A stretch of 64,000 nucleotides of DNA. It comes from the human T2T-CHM13v2.0 reference genome, Homo sapiens. Both the position numbers and the translations under genes were made by a program. Below, in pieces: positions 28,203 through 41,500 of this stretch. Under the pieces are notes generated by a model. That model was not told the origin of the DNA and did no database searches. It worked only from the letters and a program-made list of their open reading frames with translations. The stretch's first letter is position 1, and the number at the start of each line of letters is the position of its first letter. The stretch lies in NCBI RefSeq assembly GCF_009914755.1, contig NC_060927.1; one strand, given 5' to 3'.

Positions 28203-28305
28203 CCTGTACGTCTCAGAGTCTGAGAGGTGAGTTGCAATTTCCCTGTAGGTCAGAGAATCTGGGAGGTGAGTTGCAATTTCCCTGTAGGTCACAGAATCTG
28301 GGAGG
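28203..28305 (+). repeat. 39-bp minisatellite, about 2.6 copies
   Basis: gaggtgagttgcaatttccctgtaggtca(g/c)agaatctgg at 28224-28262 and 28263-28301, with a diverged partial copy at 28203-28223. Confidence 0.95.
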
Positions 28306-29457
28306 CAAGGCAGAGAGGACAGGGCATGCACTAATATGAAGGTCTACAGCTTAGCTGTGCTGGCTGGAAGGTACTGCATTTCATTTCATCCAGGGGCTTT
28401 CCTCCAGAAGGATCACCACCTAGGAATGAAAGCCGCATGCTCTTTCATTCTTTCATTGTTTTCAGAAATCTATTAGAATGGAGAAGACCTCCTTCCCCCT
28501 TCTTCTAATCATATATAAATACAGTTCTTTTCATTTTCCCATTTTTCTTAAACATGATAATTCTGCCTTGTCTCTAAAGCTGAACTTATTTTCACTGCAA
28601 CTTAGAGGCATTTTCCTTTATTTACTTGTCTATGAAAATGATGAGCTCTGAGTTAGAATTCTCTTAAACTTTTAGTCTGATTTAGGATAGTTATTAGCAG
28701 TTTTTCATTGAAACTCTCCCGGTTAGTTTATGCCTCTCTCCAAGGGAACCATTTCCTCTCCTTTTATCAGATTTGTATCTGTTTTTGAGACATTTGCCCG
28801 TTCCTCTACATCTTTTGAAAACGTGAGCACCTCTCTAAGGAATGCAGTAAGGACCCTTTGATGGTTAAGCTTAAAGAACTGAAAACTTTGGTCTGACTTA
28901 ATAATTGATCTAAATAAAGCAGATAATTATGCGTTTATCACGAGGGCTTTTAAACATCTGCCTTTTCATGCTTAGAATATAGAATCCATCTTTTCAAGTT
29001 GTTTCTTAAAAAAACCAAAAACATTCCACTTTTCTTTTTTGTTCGTTTTGACCCTCCCAGGATTGTCAGCAGCCTGTGCCTCACTGTGTCTGAGTTCTAT
29101 TAGAGAAACAGAGTAAAGAAGGATATATTTGGAAGGGACAGACAGTTGTACTTTTTAAGACTTACTTGTTGTGACATTTTGGACTTTTCATGTAGCTTCT
29201 TTATGACATAGTTTATTGAACCTTTCCAATCTTGTGGGTCTAAAGTAGGAATAACATGTTGTGGTTCTCAAAGTGCCATCTCAGACCCAGTCACATCAAT
29301 CACCCAGGGCCTCTGTTTGATAATATGATCTCCAAGATTTTGTTCAGTTCTGATACTGTCTGATGCTCTGAAAATTTCCCATGATGTAACAGAATCTGAT
29401 GAAGTATAAGAGGGGACCCAGGAATCCTTTTATAAAATGGGTATGAAGAAGACATAG

Positions 29458-29839
29458 TAATATGGTTTAGCTCTGTGTCCCCACCCAAATTTCGTCTTGA
29501 ATTGTAATCCCCATGTGTCAAGGGAGGGATCTGGTGGGAGGGGATTGGATCATGGGAGTGGTTCCTCCATGCTGTTCTCATGATAGTGAGTGTGTTCTCA
29601 CAAGATCTGATGGTTTAAACTTATATGGCAGTTCCCCCTTCATGCTCTCTCTTTCCTGCCACTATGTGAGATGTGCTTGCTTCCCCTTCACCTTCTGCCA
29701 TGATTGTAACTTTCCTGAGGCCCTCTAGCTATGCTTCCTGTCAAGGCTGCAGAACTGTGAGTCAATTAAACCTCTTCTTCTTTATAAATTGCCCATTCTC
29801 AGGCAGTTATTTATAGCAGTGAGAGAACAGACTCATACA
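29458..29839 (+). mobile_element. THE1D/MSTA-like MaLR solo LTR
   Basis: taatatggtttagctctgtgtccccacccaaat...gaactgtgagtcaattaaacctct...gaacagactcataca; acatag on both flanks. Confidence 0.9.
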
Positions 29840-30034
29840 ACATAGATTCAGATAGAACATTTGAACTTGGAAATTAGGTTGTGAACAGCAACCTAAACCT
29901 TTTTTGCCTCATTGCCTAAGCTCTCATTGTGAGCACTGTTTTCATACATATGACCTTTAAAGGCAGTAAAAAACTTCTTGACAGTTCTTTTTAATTAACA
30001 GATATGAAATATTTTTTCATGCAGTCTGTGGCCA

Positions 30035-30230
30035 AATGAAAGTTTCTCAATCCTGGCTGCAGGTTCGAATCCCTTAGGTTTTATAGGTGTCCTGGTGCCT
30101 GACCCCCTCACTCCCTGTCTTCTATCCCCAAGATTCTGAGAATTGCTGTGAGATGGAATTTGGACATCAGCATTTTCGAATGTGTTTCTTTGGTGATTCT
30201 GGTATTTAACCAATGTTTAAAACTACTGAA
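30035..30230. mobile_element. MER5B-like element
   Basis: tttctcaatcctggctgcaggttcgaatc...cccaagattctga...ggtgattct...gtttaaaactactg. Confidence 0.6.
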
Positions 30231-30392
30231 TGGAATGCATACAGATTTATGGGATTTATAATTGTCATAAGGATATGTACAAATTATTTCCACAGATTTG
30301 TGCACCCAGAGAATAAGAGGAGTAGAAATTTTCTTTATGTTGTAAGTTATTGAACATTTCTTATCCTGTGGGTCTAAAGTAGTAACAACATA

Positions 30393-30580
30393 CAGTGGTT
30401 ATTAAAGTGTGCTGTCAGACCCAAAGGCATCGATCACACAGGGATTTATTAGAAATGAAGATGGTTGGAGTTCTCCCCAGACCTACTGAATCAGAATCTC
30501 TGGATCCAGGACCCAAAAATCTGTATTTTAAAAAGACATTCCAGAGATATTGATGAACTCTAAAGTTTGAGAACCATCAG
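30393..30580. mobile_element. MER5A
   Basis: cagtggttattaaagtgtg...ttagaaatg...ccccagacctactgaatcagaatctctgg...aatctgtatttta...taaagtttgagaacca. Confidence 0.85.
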
Positions 30581-31957
30581 CTTTAAGGGTTGTTGTATGA
30601 TTCGGTGGCAGTGTATGAAAATCTTAGCACACTGCCTGGCATGGTGTGAGTCTAGTAAGCGGAGTACTCGAGAGATAGTGCTTTTGATTGCTTAGCAGTC
30701 TGAATTTGGCTTGGGGCTAGACCTGACAGTTCTTGGCTTAGCTACACTTTGAATTCTAAGACTGTTATTTATAAGGCAAATAGAGGCAAACTGAACCATT
30801 TCAAAGGTGTATCAGAACAACAAAACCTACTCACAGTCATTCTAATGTGCTCACTCTTCCATTCTTATACTTCTATTTCTCAGGGCCTAAACTGTGATGT
30901 TTTGATAATATCCAAAAGCAACTCACTTAATGATGGAGACTGCTGCCCTAACCCACAAAGTGTTGAGCAACTAAAATGCAAGGAAAAGCTACTCCTCCAT
31001 AAATAGAAAAGATCTCTTCTCCAACACATCAAAAACATTATTTTTAATAGGAAAATAACAAATAAAGAACAGGTTAAAAGGTAGAAGTTTCTGTTTCCCC
31101 AATACAATTTTTTGCAGACTATTTAAAAAAGTTTCATTCCAGGAACCATAAAGCTCTTGGATATATGTGTATAACTTAGATCACAGAGATCAGGTTCACT
31201 CCCTCAATAACTCTGACAGCAGTGTGCTTCTCTTGTTGGTAAGAGATGCTAGGTTTTTCTCGGTATCCCAAAGTCTCATTACTTCTTGCCTGGATTATGT
31301 ATAGATTTCTAAATTGGGTGTTTCTTATTCATTTCTCCTAATCTGTCCTGCATGGACTTTTACATTAGTCTTTAGTAAATCGTATTGTAACCAAGTGTTT
31401 CTTTCTCAGAAATCCTTGGTGGATCTCTGCTGCATGCATGATAAAATTCAAACCCTTTTTTTGATGTGCAACATGTAAAAACCTTAATTTTATCGCATAT
31501 CTAATCTTTATAACTCACTGGCATTATTTTACATTCCTGTGTCCCATGTTTTTCCTATGTCATGACTTGCTTTTTATTCTCTATGCTCTGAACTTTCTGA
31601 TCGCCATGCCTACATTCTCCTGTCTCTCTACCAAGGATGGACGTACCTTCTACATCATGTTTCAGGAAAATTATATGATCCACTGAGACTTCCATGATCC
31701 TCCACTTTATCTTAATTTCCAGAGGTTATTCATGCATCTTTATAAATTACACCTTGTGTTATCTTTAGTTTTGTACAATTTTTCTTCCTCCTCTATTTGA
31801 TTGAAAATGTATTGAGGGCAAGCACCAAGGTGTATAAAATTCAGTAACTCTATCTCCCACCCAAGCTCATTCTTCGCTTTGCTTAATATATTGACCCCTC
31901 TAGACTAGCTTTTATACCATTTCTAAATATCAAATCCGATACTCTTTCTTCTGAAAG

Positions 31958-31987
31958 TTAAGACTACTAATTAAGGCTACTAATTAA
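31958..31987 (+). repeat. 2.3 x 13-bp tandem repeat containing TACTAAT
   Basis: ttaagactactaa ttaaggctactaa ttaa. Confidence 0.85.
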
Positions 31988-32129
31988 ACTAAGATGGGGA
32001 ATAATTGCTATACAACACAAAATTATGTGTCAAAGCCAATTATAAAAAAGTAAAATGCCAGCAAATATATCACGAGTACTATAACGTTGCATCCTTATTA
32101 ACTTCATGTTGTTTACTTCTTTTCTGTAG

Positions 32130-32242
32130 GTGATTTTCTTCCACCCCCACCTCCACCTCTAGATGATTCCAGTGCCCTTCCATCTATCTCTGGAAACTTT
32201 CCTCCTCCACCACCTCTTGATGAAGAGGCTTTCAAAGTACAG
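32130..32242 (+). CDS. LPP: Internal coding exon (113 nt, phase 1 in, phase 0 out) of LPP; proline-rich ActA-like Ena/VASP-binding region, approximately G65-Q102
   Basis: Acceptor ttgtttacttcttttctgtAG (AG 32128-32129) and donor CAG|GTAAGA (GT 32243-32244). Translation (G)DFLPPPPPPLDDSSALPSISGNFPPPPPLDEEAFKVQ matches the LPP N-terminal region as I remember it, with two (F/L)PPPP-acidic EVH1-ligand motifs. Absent from the ORF track because it is a short internal exon. Confidence 0.96.
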
Positions 32243-32296
32243 GTAAGAGCTGAAGTTAAAGTCATGTTAGGTAAGAGCTGAAGTTAAAGTCATGTT
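32241..32296 (+). repeat. Perfect 2 x 28-bp tandem duplication spanning the splice donor
   Basis: AGGTAAGAGCTGAAGTTAAAGTCATGTT at 32241-32268 and again at 32269-32296. Confidence 0.98.
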
Positions 32297-32924
32297 TATT
32301 AGCCATCCTAGGGAGCTCATGAATTTCATGATTGTTTCTGTGCTGGATAAACATTTATCCAGAGCCTATTGAGAGCTTTACAACTTATGAAGATCTAAGG
32401 TACTTTAATGCAACATACCCAACTCAAGCTTCCCAGAGTTCTGCTGGCTTACCCTCTGAAGCCCTCAAAATACTTTTGCCTACTAATTTTGTTTCAGATC
32501 CCAAAGCCATTTTTTTTTTAGGAATACTATTTGAGAAGGCAACATTTCCTTGTTATTTTGGAGGACATACAGCCATGTCTTTTTATTGCTATGTTCTCTA
32601 TCTTCAAACATTGCATTCAAGTGAGTAAGGCTGACATTTTAAGGCTGTAGTTGGTTAATGTGGATCCTTTTGGTCAGCAACATTTTTCTAGCAAAAGCAA
32701 CATCAAATATCCTTAGGATTTTCTCTTCTGGGTAAGTTCAAGGGTGCACATCATACTTATCAATTATATAGAACTCTTGGGTTCCAGCGAGTGGTAATTG
32801 CAAAGTAACTCGGGGCTGGGATCAGATGTGACATTAGAAGTGGTTCTCAGACTGTGATCATCGGTAACTGCCGAAAGCTGCCACCATTTAAGCTGAAGAA
32901 GTGCTTTATGTCAAGAAGAAAATC

Positions 32925-33725
<801 letters not shown>

Positions 33726-34639
33726 AGAAAAAGTCTTAGGGAACAACTGCTTAAATGGTTTGTTCTATTATTTGCCTTTCTTTCTCCTAAATTTGAGGTT
33801 GAAGGAGACAAAGAAAGAAATGATTCATTCGCTCAACAAATATTCTGTATTCCTATGTGGGCATTATTCAAGCACTAGGAATGTTATAGCAAAAAAGACA
33901 GACACCACTCTGTCCTCAGGGAACGTAAAAGTTAGTGGGACTAGTGGAAATAAACAAGATACGCACATTACAAAGTACATTAGAGTGGATAAGTGGGGAA
34001 ACAGGGAGGGGGTCAAGGCTTACCTACTAGGATGGGCATTATCAATATGGCCCCACTGAGAAGGCGACGCTTAAATGAGGACTTGAAGAAGGAGAGGAGG
34101 GAATGAGCTCTAGAGATTTCTTGGGGAGTGTATTTTCATATAGTAGATATTAAGAAGTAGAAAAGGCTTTTGATATTATCTATCATTTGAAATCAGTAAA
34201 TTGCAGTTGTAACCAGTAAGTACCAATTCAGTTTCTGGAGTCTAGATCTTTTAAGGCTATTGAAAAATATGTGTATTGCAAATATAGGCCATGAATTTCT
34301 TGCATTTTATTTTGGTGTATACTAATAAAATCAACTATCAGATGCCAGTGATGAATGAGAGTCCTATAAAGTTTGTATTTATTTTATGTAACAGATAGAA
34401 CCTTTGGCAAATAAAACCAATATGAGTGATTTTTCTTAATTTTAGTCATTTTTTAATAAAATGAGGAAATCCTTAGCTTTGGCTTTAATATACCTTTGGT
34501 CTTACTTTGCTGAAGTTGGTTTTTTGCATATTGTTTAATATGTACAATTTTTAAAGTCACTGACTCTGTTTCCTCTCTTAGATTGTCATAGAAACTATTT
34601 TGTTGCATTTTAAATCTTTAGTTCTCACAATGTTATTTG

Positions 34640-34830
34640 AAGTAGTGACAGAAGACTCGTGATTGAAAACTAGTTACATAGATTATTCTAGTTGTGTGAT
34701 CTTGCGCAATGCATGCTGAGTCCCGGTTTCCTCTTCATTAGAAACAAAACAAATATATATACCTCTTACAATTAAATGAAATACAGATGGATTTGAAAGT
34801 ATTAAACTGAAAGGGCTATACAAATATTTT
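34640..34830 (+). mobile_element. MIR
   Basis: ctagttgtgtgatcttgcgcaa...ctgagtcccggtttcctc...attaaatgaaata. Confidence 0.55.
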
Positions 34831-36137
34831 GATGTTATATTAATAATCACTATTAATATGTAAGAAGACTAGTAAGGATTTTCCAGTGGGTTCCATTAAA
34901 AAATTCAACCATGGGGCTTTCAAAAGATAATGAAGAATTTTTTTCAGGTGGACCTTGTTCTGTTAGATGTACTCAAGCCATGGCTTTGTTTTTGAAGAGG
35001 AAGGAAATAAACAAAATGCCTGTTGTCATGTTGGCTTAAGTTCTCTGTAAAACAGAAGGGAGGAGGATAAAAAATAAAATACGGTTTGCCAAATGGAAAA
35101 GGACAAATCTGGTAGGGAGAGGCCTGTTATTTTTGAGACGCTTCATATGGAAGATTGTTGATACATTCAAAAGAAAACGAACATGCCCTCCCCTTGTGCA
35201 GAAGTGACTTAGATGTGATAGCGGCTTGGTCCTGCTCTGGCCCAGGTTTGTACCAGCTATAGAAATGAGCCATGGTAGAGCCTAAAGTAGCATGATCACT
35301 GGAGAAAATTCTGCGCAGTTTCCTCTCGGCTATGGTTAAAACCTCATGTTCCCAAGTCCAAATTATAGCTGGTAAATGTGTGTTTTTATGCAGAAGACTG
35401 TTTATGTTTCCAGCCAGATTTTCAGGTCAGAGCCAAAAGAACGTCTACTAAGAGTGATTATAAGAGTTGTAAGATTTTGAGAGCAGAAAGGGACCTTAGA
35501 GATCATTTAGTCCAACTCTGGCGCCAGGCATCTAGTTACAGTCCTTTCAAGTATTTGCTAAATTAATTTCCTTTTTTTTTTTTTTTGGAAATGGGGAAAC
35601 TGAGACCCAAGAAGGGATGGATCCTCTGGTTTCTGACAGAGGTCTTATTGAATTTGAAAAATCTTGACTCCTGGCCTTGACCTTCTTCCTGCTGTCCCAG
35701 ATGGCCCATGAACTTGGTTTTGCTTTAGTCCTCTAGCAGACTTCAAGGCTCTGAGATTCATTGCAGAGGGTTACACGTTTTTATTTGGAAGGAGCAGGTG
35801 ATGCCGGAGTTTTGCTTGGCTGTCTGAATTTTTGATATATGCTATAAGCTTTTATTTCTTCAAAAAAGGCAAATAAATATTTAGCCTTAAGGATTCTTGG
35901 TTTAACAGTTCTCATTTTCATGTGGGAAGATGCAACTTGGAAAACAGGGGAAGGATTTGGTTTGCTTTTCTGTCAGGATCAACGTGACCTCCATGCCTGT
36001 GATGTTTGTAGTGACACTTCAGCAATCACTTTATTAATTCATTTGTTCTTCATTCATTCAGTGTAAATTGAATGCTTCTTGTAAGTAGACATATATGCTA
36101 GTGATTATAGCCTTAAAACTTGGCATCATAGGTTTAA

Positions 36138-36482
<345 letters not shown>

Positions 36483-37943
36483 AGTTAGTTTTATTCTTAT
36501 CTGACCCCACAGTTGGTAATTTCTTCCTCTTTTCAGCCAGGCCATAGGCAAGTATTAGTATTATATAACATTGCTTAAGGTAGTTACAAAGAAGTCACGC
36601 GTCTCAGAATTTTGGACTTGCAAGAGAATTAGAGTTAATACATTCAAGTTCCTTTCTATTGTTTGAATCTTGTAATTTTTTCCTACATAACAAAATGTTT
36701 ATGGGTAATTATGATAGGTGAGGCAGTGCTGCAGGATAAGGAGATGGATCAGTACAGTACTCAGAATCACATTCGGAAGATGCATATACACAGTCATTTA
36801 AGTCATTTTATGGTAAATTATGCTTTGGTCATCATACATTGATCAGAAGCATAATCTAAGTCCTAGGTTAGTGGTGGAGAGTGAGGGAAGTAAATTAACT
36901 GTGACTGGAGAGAGGCAAGAAGGATTCATAGAAACAATTTAAATTGAACTGAACTTTGATGGCTGGGTGGGACCTTAATTTTCAGATAGGTGAGTGGATT
37001 TTTCAGCAATAAAATAAAAGAATTAAAACACAGAGGAAGGAGAGCTCAAAGTAAGTGTGGTAGGCCTTGTGTTTCTAACTGTGGAACCTACTCTTTGTTC
37101 TGAAACCATTGACAATTTATTGTAGGGGCTTGTTATTATTTTAAATATAAGGGTGATATCCCCAGAACTGTTGTTGGATGCCAAGTGATACTGTTAACAT
37201 AAATTAAGGCAAAACATGTTGCACTTGCAGGAAACCCCATGCAAACAATTCTGAGTTGTCTGGTAGACTTCCTTCAGATCCATGGGGACTTACCTGCTGA
37301 CATCTGATGGCTTTGAATTCAGGGGCTCAATATTTAACTTCCTCTTTTTATGATATCTTTGTTCGTCTTTTCTTGGTGACTTCCAGTTGACAACTTCTAA
37401 CTCTGCTTCTCTGTTTGTTTCCCAGTCCTGTGGCTTGCTTTCATTTGCCTACTATTCAGTATTTGCATACCTCTGGTTTTCATCTTTCCTTTTCTGTTTG
37501 GTCCTGCAAAATGGCCAGGCTTGCTAATGTAACTCCAGGCCCTCCACATTAGAAAACAGAGGGGTTTTGTCCATTGGTGATTACTTCAAATGTTAAACAT
37601 TTCTCTTTGTTATTGAGTAGAAATGTGTCCCTTTATGATGTCCTCATATTGGTTTTCTTTCCCCTTTTAAAAAGTGATGCAAAGTCAGAGGAATGACCAG
37701 GCCAGGAGAGAGATAGGTGCTGTATGTCTCAAGGAGTTGATGAGTAAAGCTACTGAAAGATGTTACTTTTCAAAGGAGTGAGTAAGCCCAGAGTAACATG
37801 AGCTATGCCCAGAATTAGTGGAAAAGTAGAGAAATGTCTGAAATTGTTTATTTTAAAGTCAGCCTCCAAAAGCTCTTGAGCATCTATTCTTGTGAAAACA
37901 ATTCAAAGCTCATATATGTGTATGATGAATAGTGGCTTATAAT

Positions 37944-38209
37944 CTTTTTTCTTTTTTTTTGAGACAGAGTCTTGCTCTGTTGACCAGCCTCTGCCTCCTG
38001 GGTTCAAGCGATTCTCCTGTCTCAGCCCACCGAGTAGCTGGGACTTTATAAGCACGCCCCACCAAGACCGGCTAATTTTTTGTATTTTTAGTAGAGATGG
38101 GGTTTCGCCACACAGGCCAGTCTGGTCTTGAACTCCTGACTTCGGGTGATCCGCCCACCTCGGCCCCACGAAGTGCTAGGATTACAGGTATGAGCCACCA
38201 TGCCCGGCC
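37944..38209 (-). mobile_element. Alu (AluS) with an internal deletion in the right arm
   Basis: gctctgttgaccag joins directly to cctctgcctcctggg, skipping the usual gctggagtgcagtgg...cactgcaa segment. Confidence 0.9.
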
Positions 38210-38242
38210 TCATTTTCCTATTTACTAATTTTATGTGTTTAG

Positions 38243-38607
<365 letters not shown>

Positions 38608-39095
38608 GGCACTGGAATTTTTGTCTTGTGATTCCATGTAGGACTATCATGGTCTCAGGTACAGAACAACAGGATTTTATTTTTAGACATAAGGAACTCA
38701 AACCTACAGTATGGCCACATTCATTCATGAACTCACAGAAATAGGCAGCTGAACTGGCTTTACGTGGGTTGGACCACCTTATCATAAAAGTCTGTCTTTC
38801 TGCTGCCGGTTAGTGTGATAAAGGAGGAGGAGGCTGGGTATGAAAAGAGATGTCGGCTGTGGAGATTAAGAGTAGAGGTAGTGGACAGTGTTGCCAGGGC
38901 AAAAACAACATGGTCAGCAAGAGCTTTAATGTATTCTAAAATGCTTGTTTTCAAAAGGGTGAGAATACAAGGATATCTTGATCCATGAAAACATACCAAA
39001 GAGATGATTGAGATGCTTATTTCTTCCTGGCCCTTTGCCTAGTTCCTTTTGGGTCAGCAAACCCCAGTTGATTTGTAGCTTGTTTGTGACCCTGA

Positions 39096-39145
39096 CAGCA
39101 ACAGTAGCAGCAGCAGCAGCAGAAGCAGCAATAGCAGGAGCAGCT
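39096..39145. repeat. Interrupted (CAG)n
   Basis: cagcaacagtagcagcagcagcagcagaagcagcaatagcaggagcagc. Confidence 0.85.
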
Positions 39146-39960
39146 TGCTTTGCAATTATCTCCTATTTTTATGGTCCACATATGTAGGTCATTGTGTGTT
39201 TATTAAGGCTGGGTAGGCTCTTAGCATGTCACTGGCTCTGGTCATTGTGACTTTCTAGAAGCGAATGTCACAGTTTTCCTGGTTGCTTTTTGCTCTTAAT
39301 CATCATCTGATTGGTTATTCAGATAAGAAGATGGACATTTTTGTTGTCTGGACTTGTAAAAACCCTTTTGACAGTAGCCGACCTAGAGTCCAGGGGAGTA
39401 TTCCAATATTTCATTTAGCATTAGGAAACTTTTAATGGAATATCATAGTTTCTCTTCTTTACTTTTTAAGAACTTAAAGAGGTAAAACTTTCCCCTGGGA
39501 TTGATAGTGGAGTATGTGTACATATACACATACCCACCTACTCACCTATATCAACCTGATTACCACTGCCACCACTACCTTGAAATAATTTGTGACACAT
39601 TTATACTCTCTGCAGTGAAAGATTGGTTAACTGCTCGACAAAAAAAAGTCTTGTGGGGAATTGATGGTGGTTAGTTCTGTTGAATGTAGGGATAACCAAT
39701 GAGGTTAGCTTTGCCTTAGCTCCTGAGTTTCTGTATAGGGAGTAATATACTATGCTTGCATATTTCAGAACATTTCCTTTGCTCAAAGTTAAGTGAGACT
39801 ATAGTTGGTTCTTTTTGAGTCAGTGAAAGTTTTATCCCAATTTGTCTCTCCCATCAAGAGTCTCAGTGGTTTCTTCAAAGGTGAAATGTACTTATTGTTT
39901 TTTTTATTTTAACTTACAAAAAAGTAGTGGGTCTTTTTCTACTTATAAGAAAGTAATGTC

Positions 39961-40333
<373 letters not shown>

Positions 40334-40559
40334 TTATGATCTGCTTATATGTCCTGCTCCCAATAAACACGCCAAATGATGCTTGAACATTCTTTTCTTC
40401 CCTGCTCCATCCCACGTTCTATTAAAATAATTTGGAGAATATGTTGTAACATTTTTAACTTTATAGCAAATCTCTTTTGAGAATTGTTTCTTGCATTAAA
40501 TTTTATAACCACATCAGTAATAAACTGTAACTTTTACCTGTTTGCTGTGCTATTTTCTA

Positions 40560-41500
40560 TTTACTATCTTTTTCTTGTATTCATCATCTTGATTCTTCTC
40601 TTTTTTGTTCTTTTTTTCTGCCATAGTACTTCATTAAGTAATTTTATGGGAAGGCTACATGCTTGATGTATTTCCTGAGTCTTTGTATATCTAAAATGAG
40701 TTGTTATTGCCTTCATATTTGAGTAAAAGCTTGGCTATAAGTAGAATTCTCGGGTCAAATTTGCTTTACTTCAGTATTGTACCAAGATTTGCACACTATC
40801 ATTTAGTATCATTTAGTATTCAGTGCAGCAGATGAGAAATCTGATGCCAGTCTGATTCCTTTTCCAGTTTAGTAAATTTTTCTTGTTTGGTCTATAGGCT
40901 TTATTTGTGGGATTCAGCAATTTTACTAAACTGTGTCTAGACACAGCTCGCTTTTTACCTATTCTGCTATTTCTACTCAAGTCAAGGTTTTCTTTATGTA
41001 AATGGGATTTTCTTCTTTCTTTTCTTCTTTTCTTTTCCTTTCTTTCTTTTCTTTCTTTCTTGAACTCCTGAGCTCAGGTGATCCTCCTGCCTCAACCTCC
41101 TAAGTAGCTGGGACTAAAGGTGTGTACCACCATGCCCAGCTAATTTATTTATTTATTATTATTTTATTTTTGTAGAGACAGGGTCTTGCTATTTTGGCCA
41201 GGCTGATCTTGAACTCCTGGCCTCAAGCAGTTCTCCTGTCCTGATGCCTCTCAAAGTGCTGGGTTTACAGGTGTGAGCCACTGCTCCCAGTCAAGATTTT
41301 CTTATAATATGTTGAAAATATATTTTAATCTTTCATTCACCTTTTTCTTCTTTATGAACTCCTACTATATGGAATTGGATTTCTTCTCTATTCTTCATAT
41401 TAGTTTTCTTTTTCCAATAGTTCTACTACATGGAGGGATTTCTGTTGCTTACTTCCCTTTTATATTCTTAATTTTTGTGGTGATAGTCTGCTTTTGACTT
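40560..41500 (-). mobile_element. Old L1ME-like fragments
   Basis: ttggctataagtagaattctcgggtc...gatgagaaatctgatgccagtctgattcc...ttttacta..ctgtgtctag. Confidence 0.6.
41010..41292 (-). mobile_element. AluJ-like element, right arm truncated, with (TTTTC)n tract
   Basis: tgaactcctgagctcaggtgatcctcc...gtagagacagggtcttgct...ggtgtgagccactgctcccag. Confidence 0.9.

Noticed and set aside
28098-28331. Minus-strand ORF with repeated peptide TYREIATHLPDS
   Set aside because: A by-product of the 39-bp (3n) tandem repeat; no other coding evidence.
32241-32296. 28-bp and 39-bp direct repeats as a CRISPR-like array
   Set aside because: Only two to three head-to-tail copies, no spacers, no cas genes, and a primate intronic context.
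39096-39145. CAG run as a polyglutamine exon or expansion locus
   Set aside because: Short and interrupted, with an in-frame TAG in the CAG frame and no convincing splice context.
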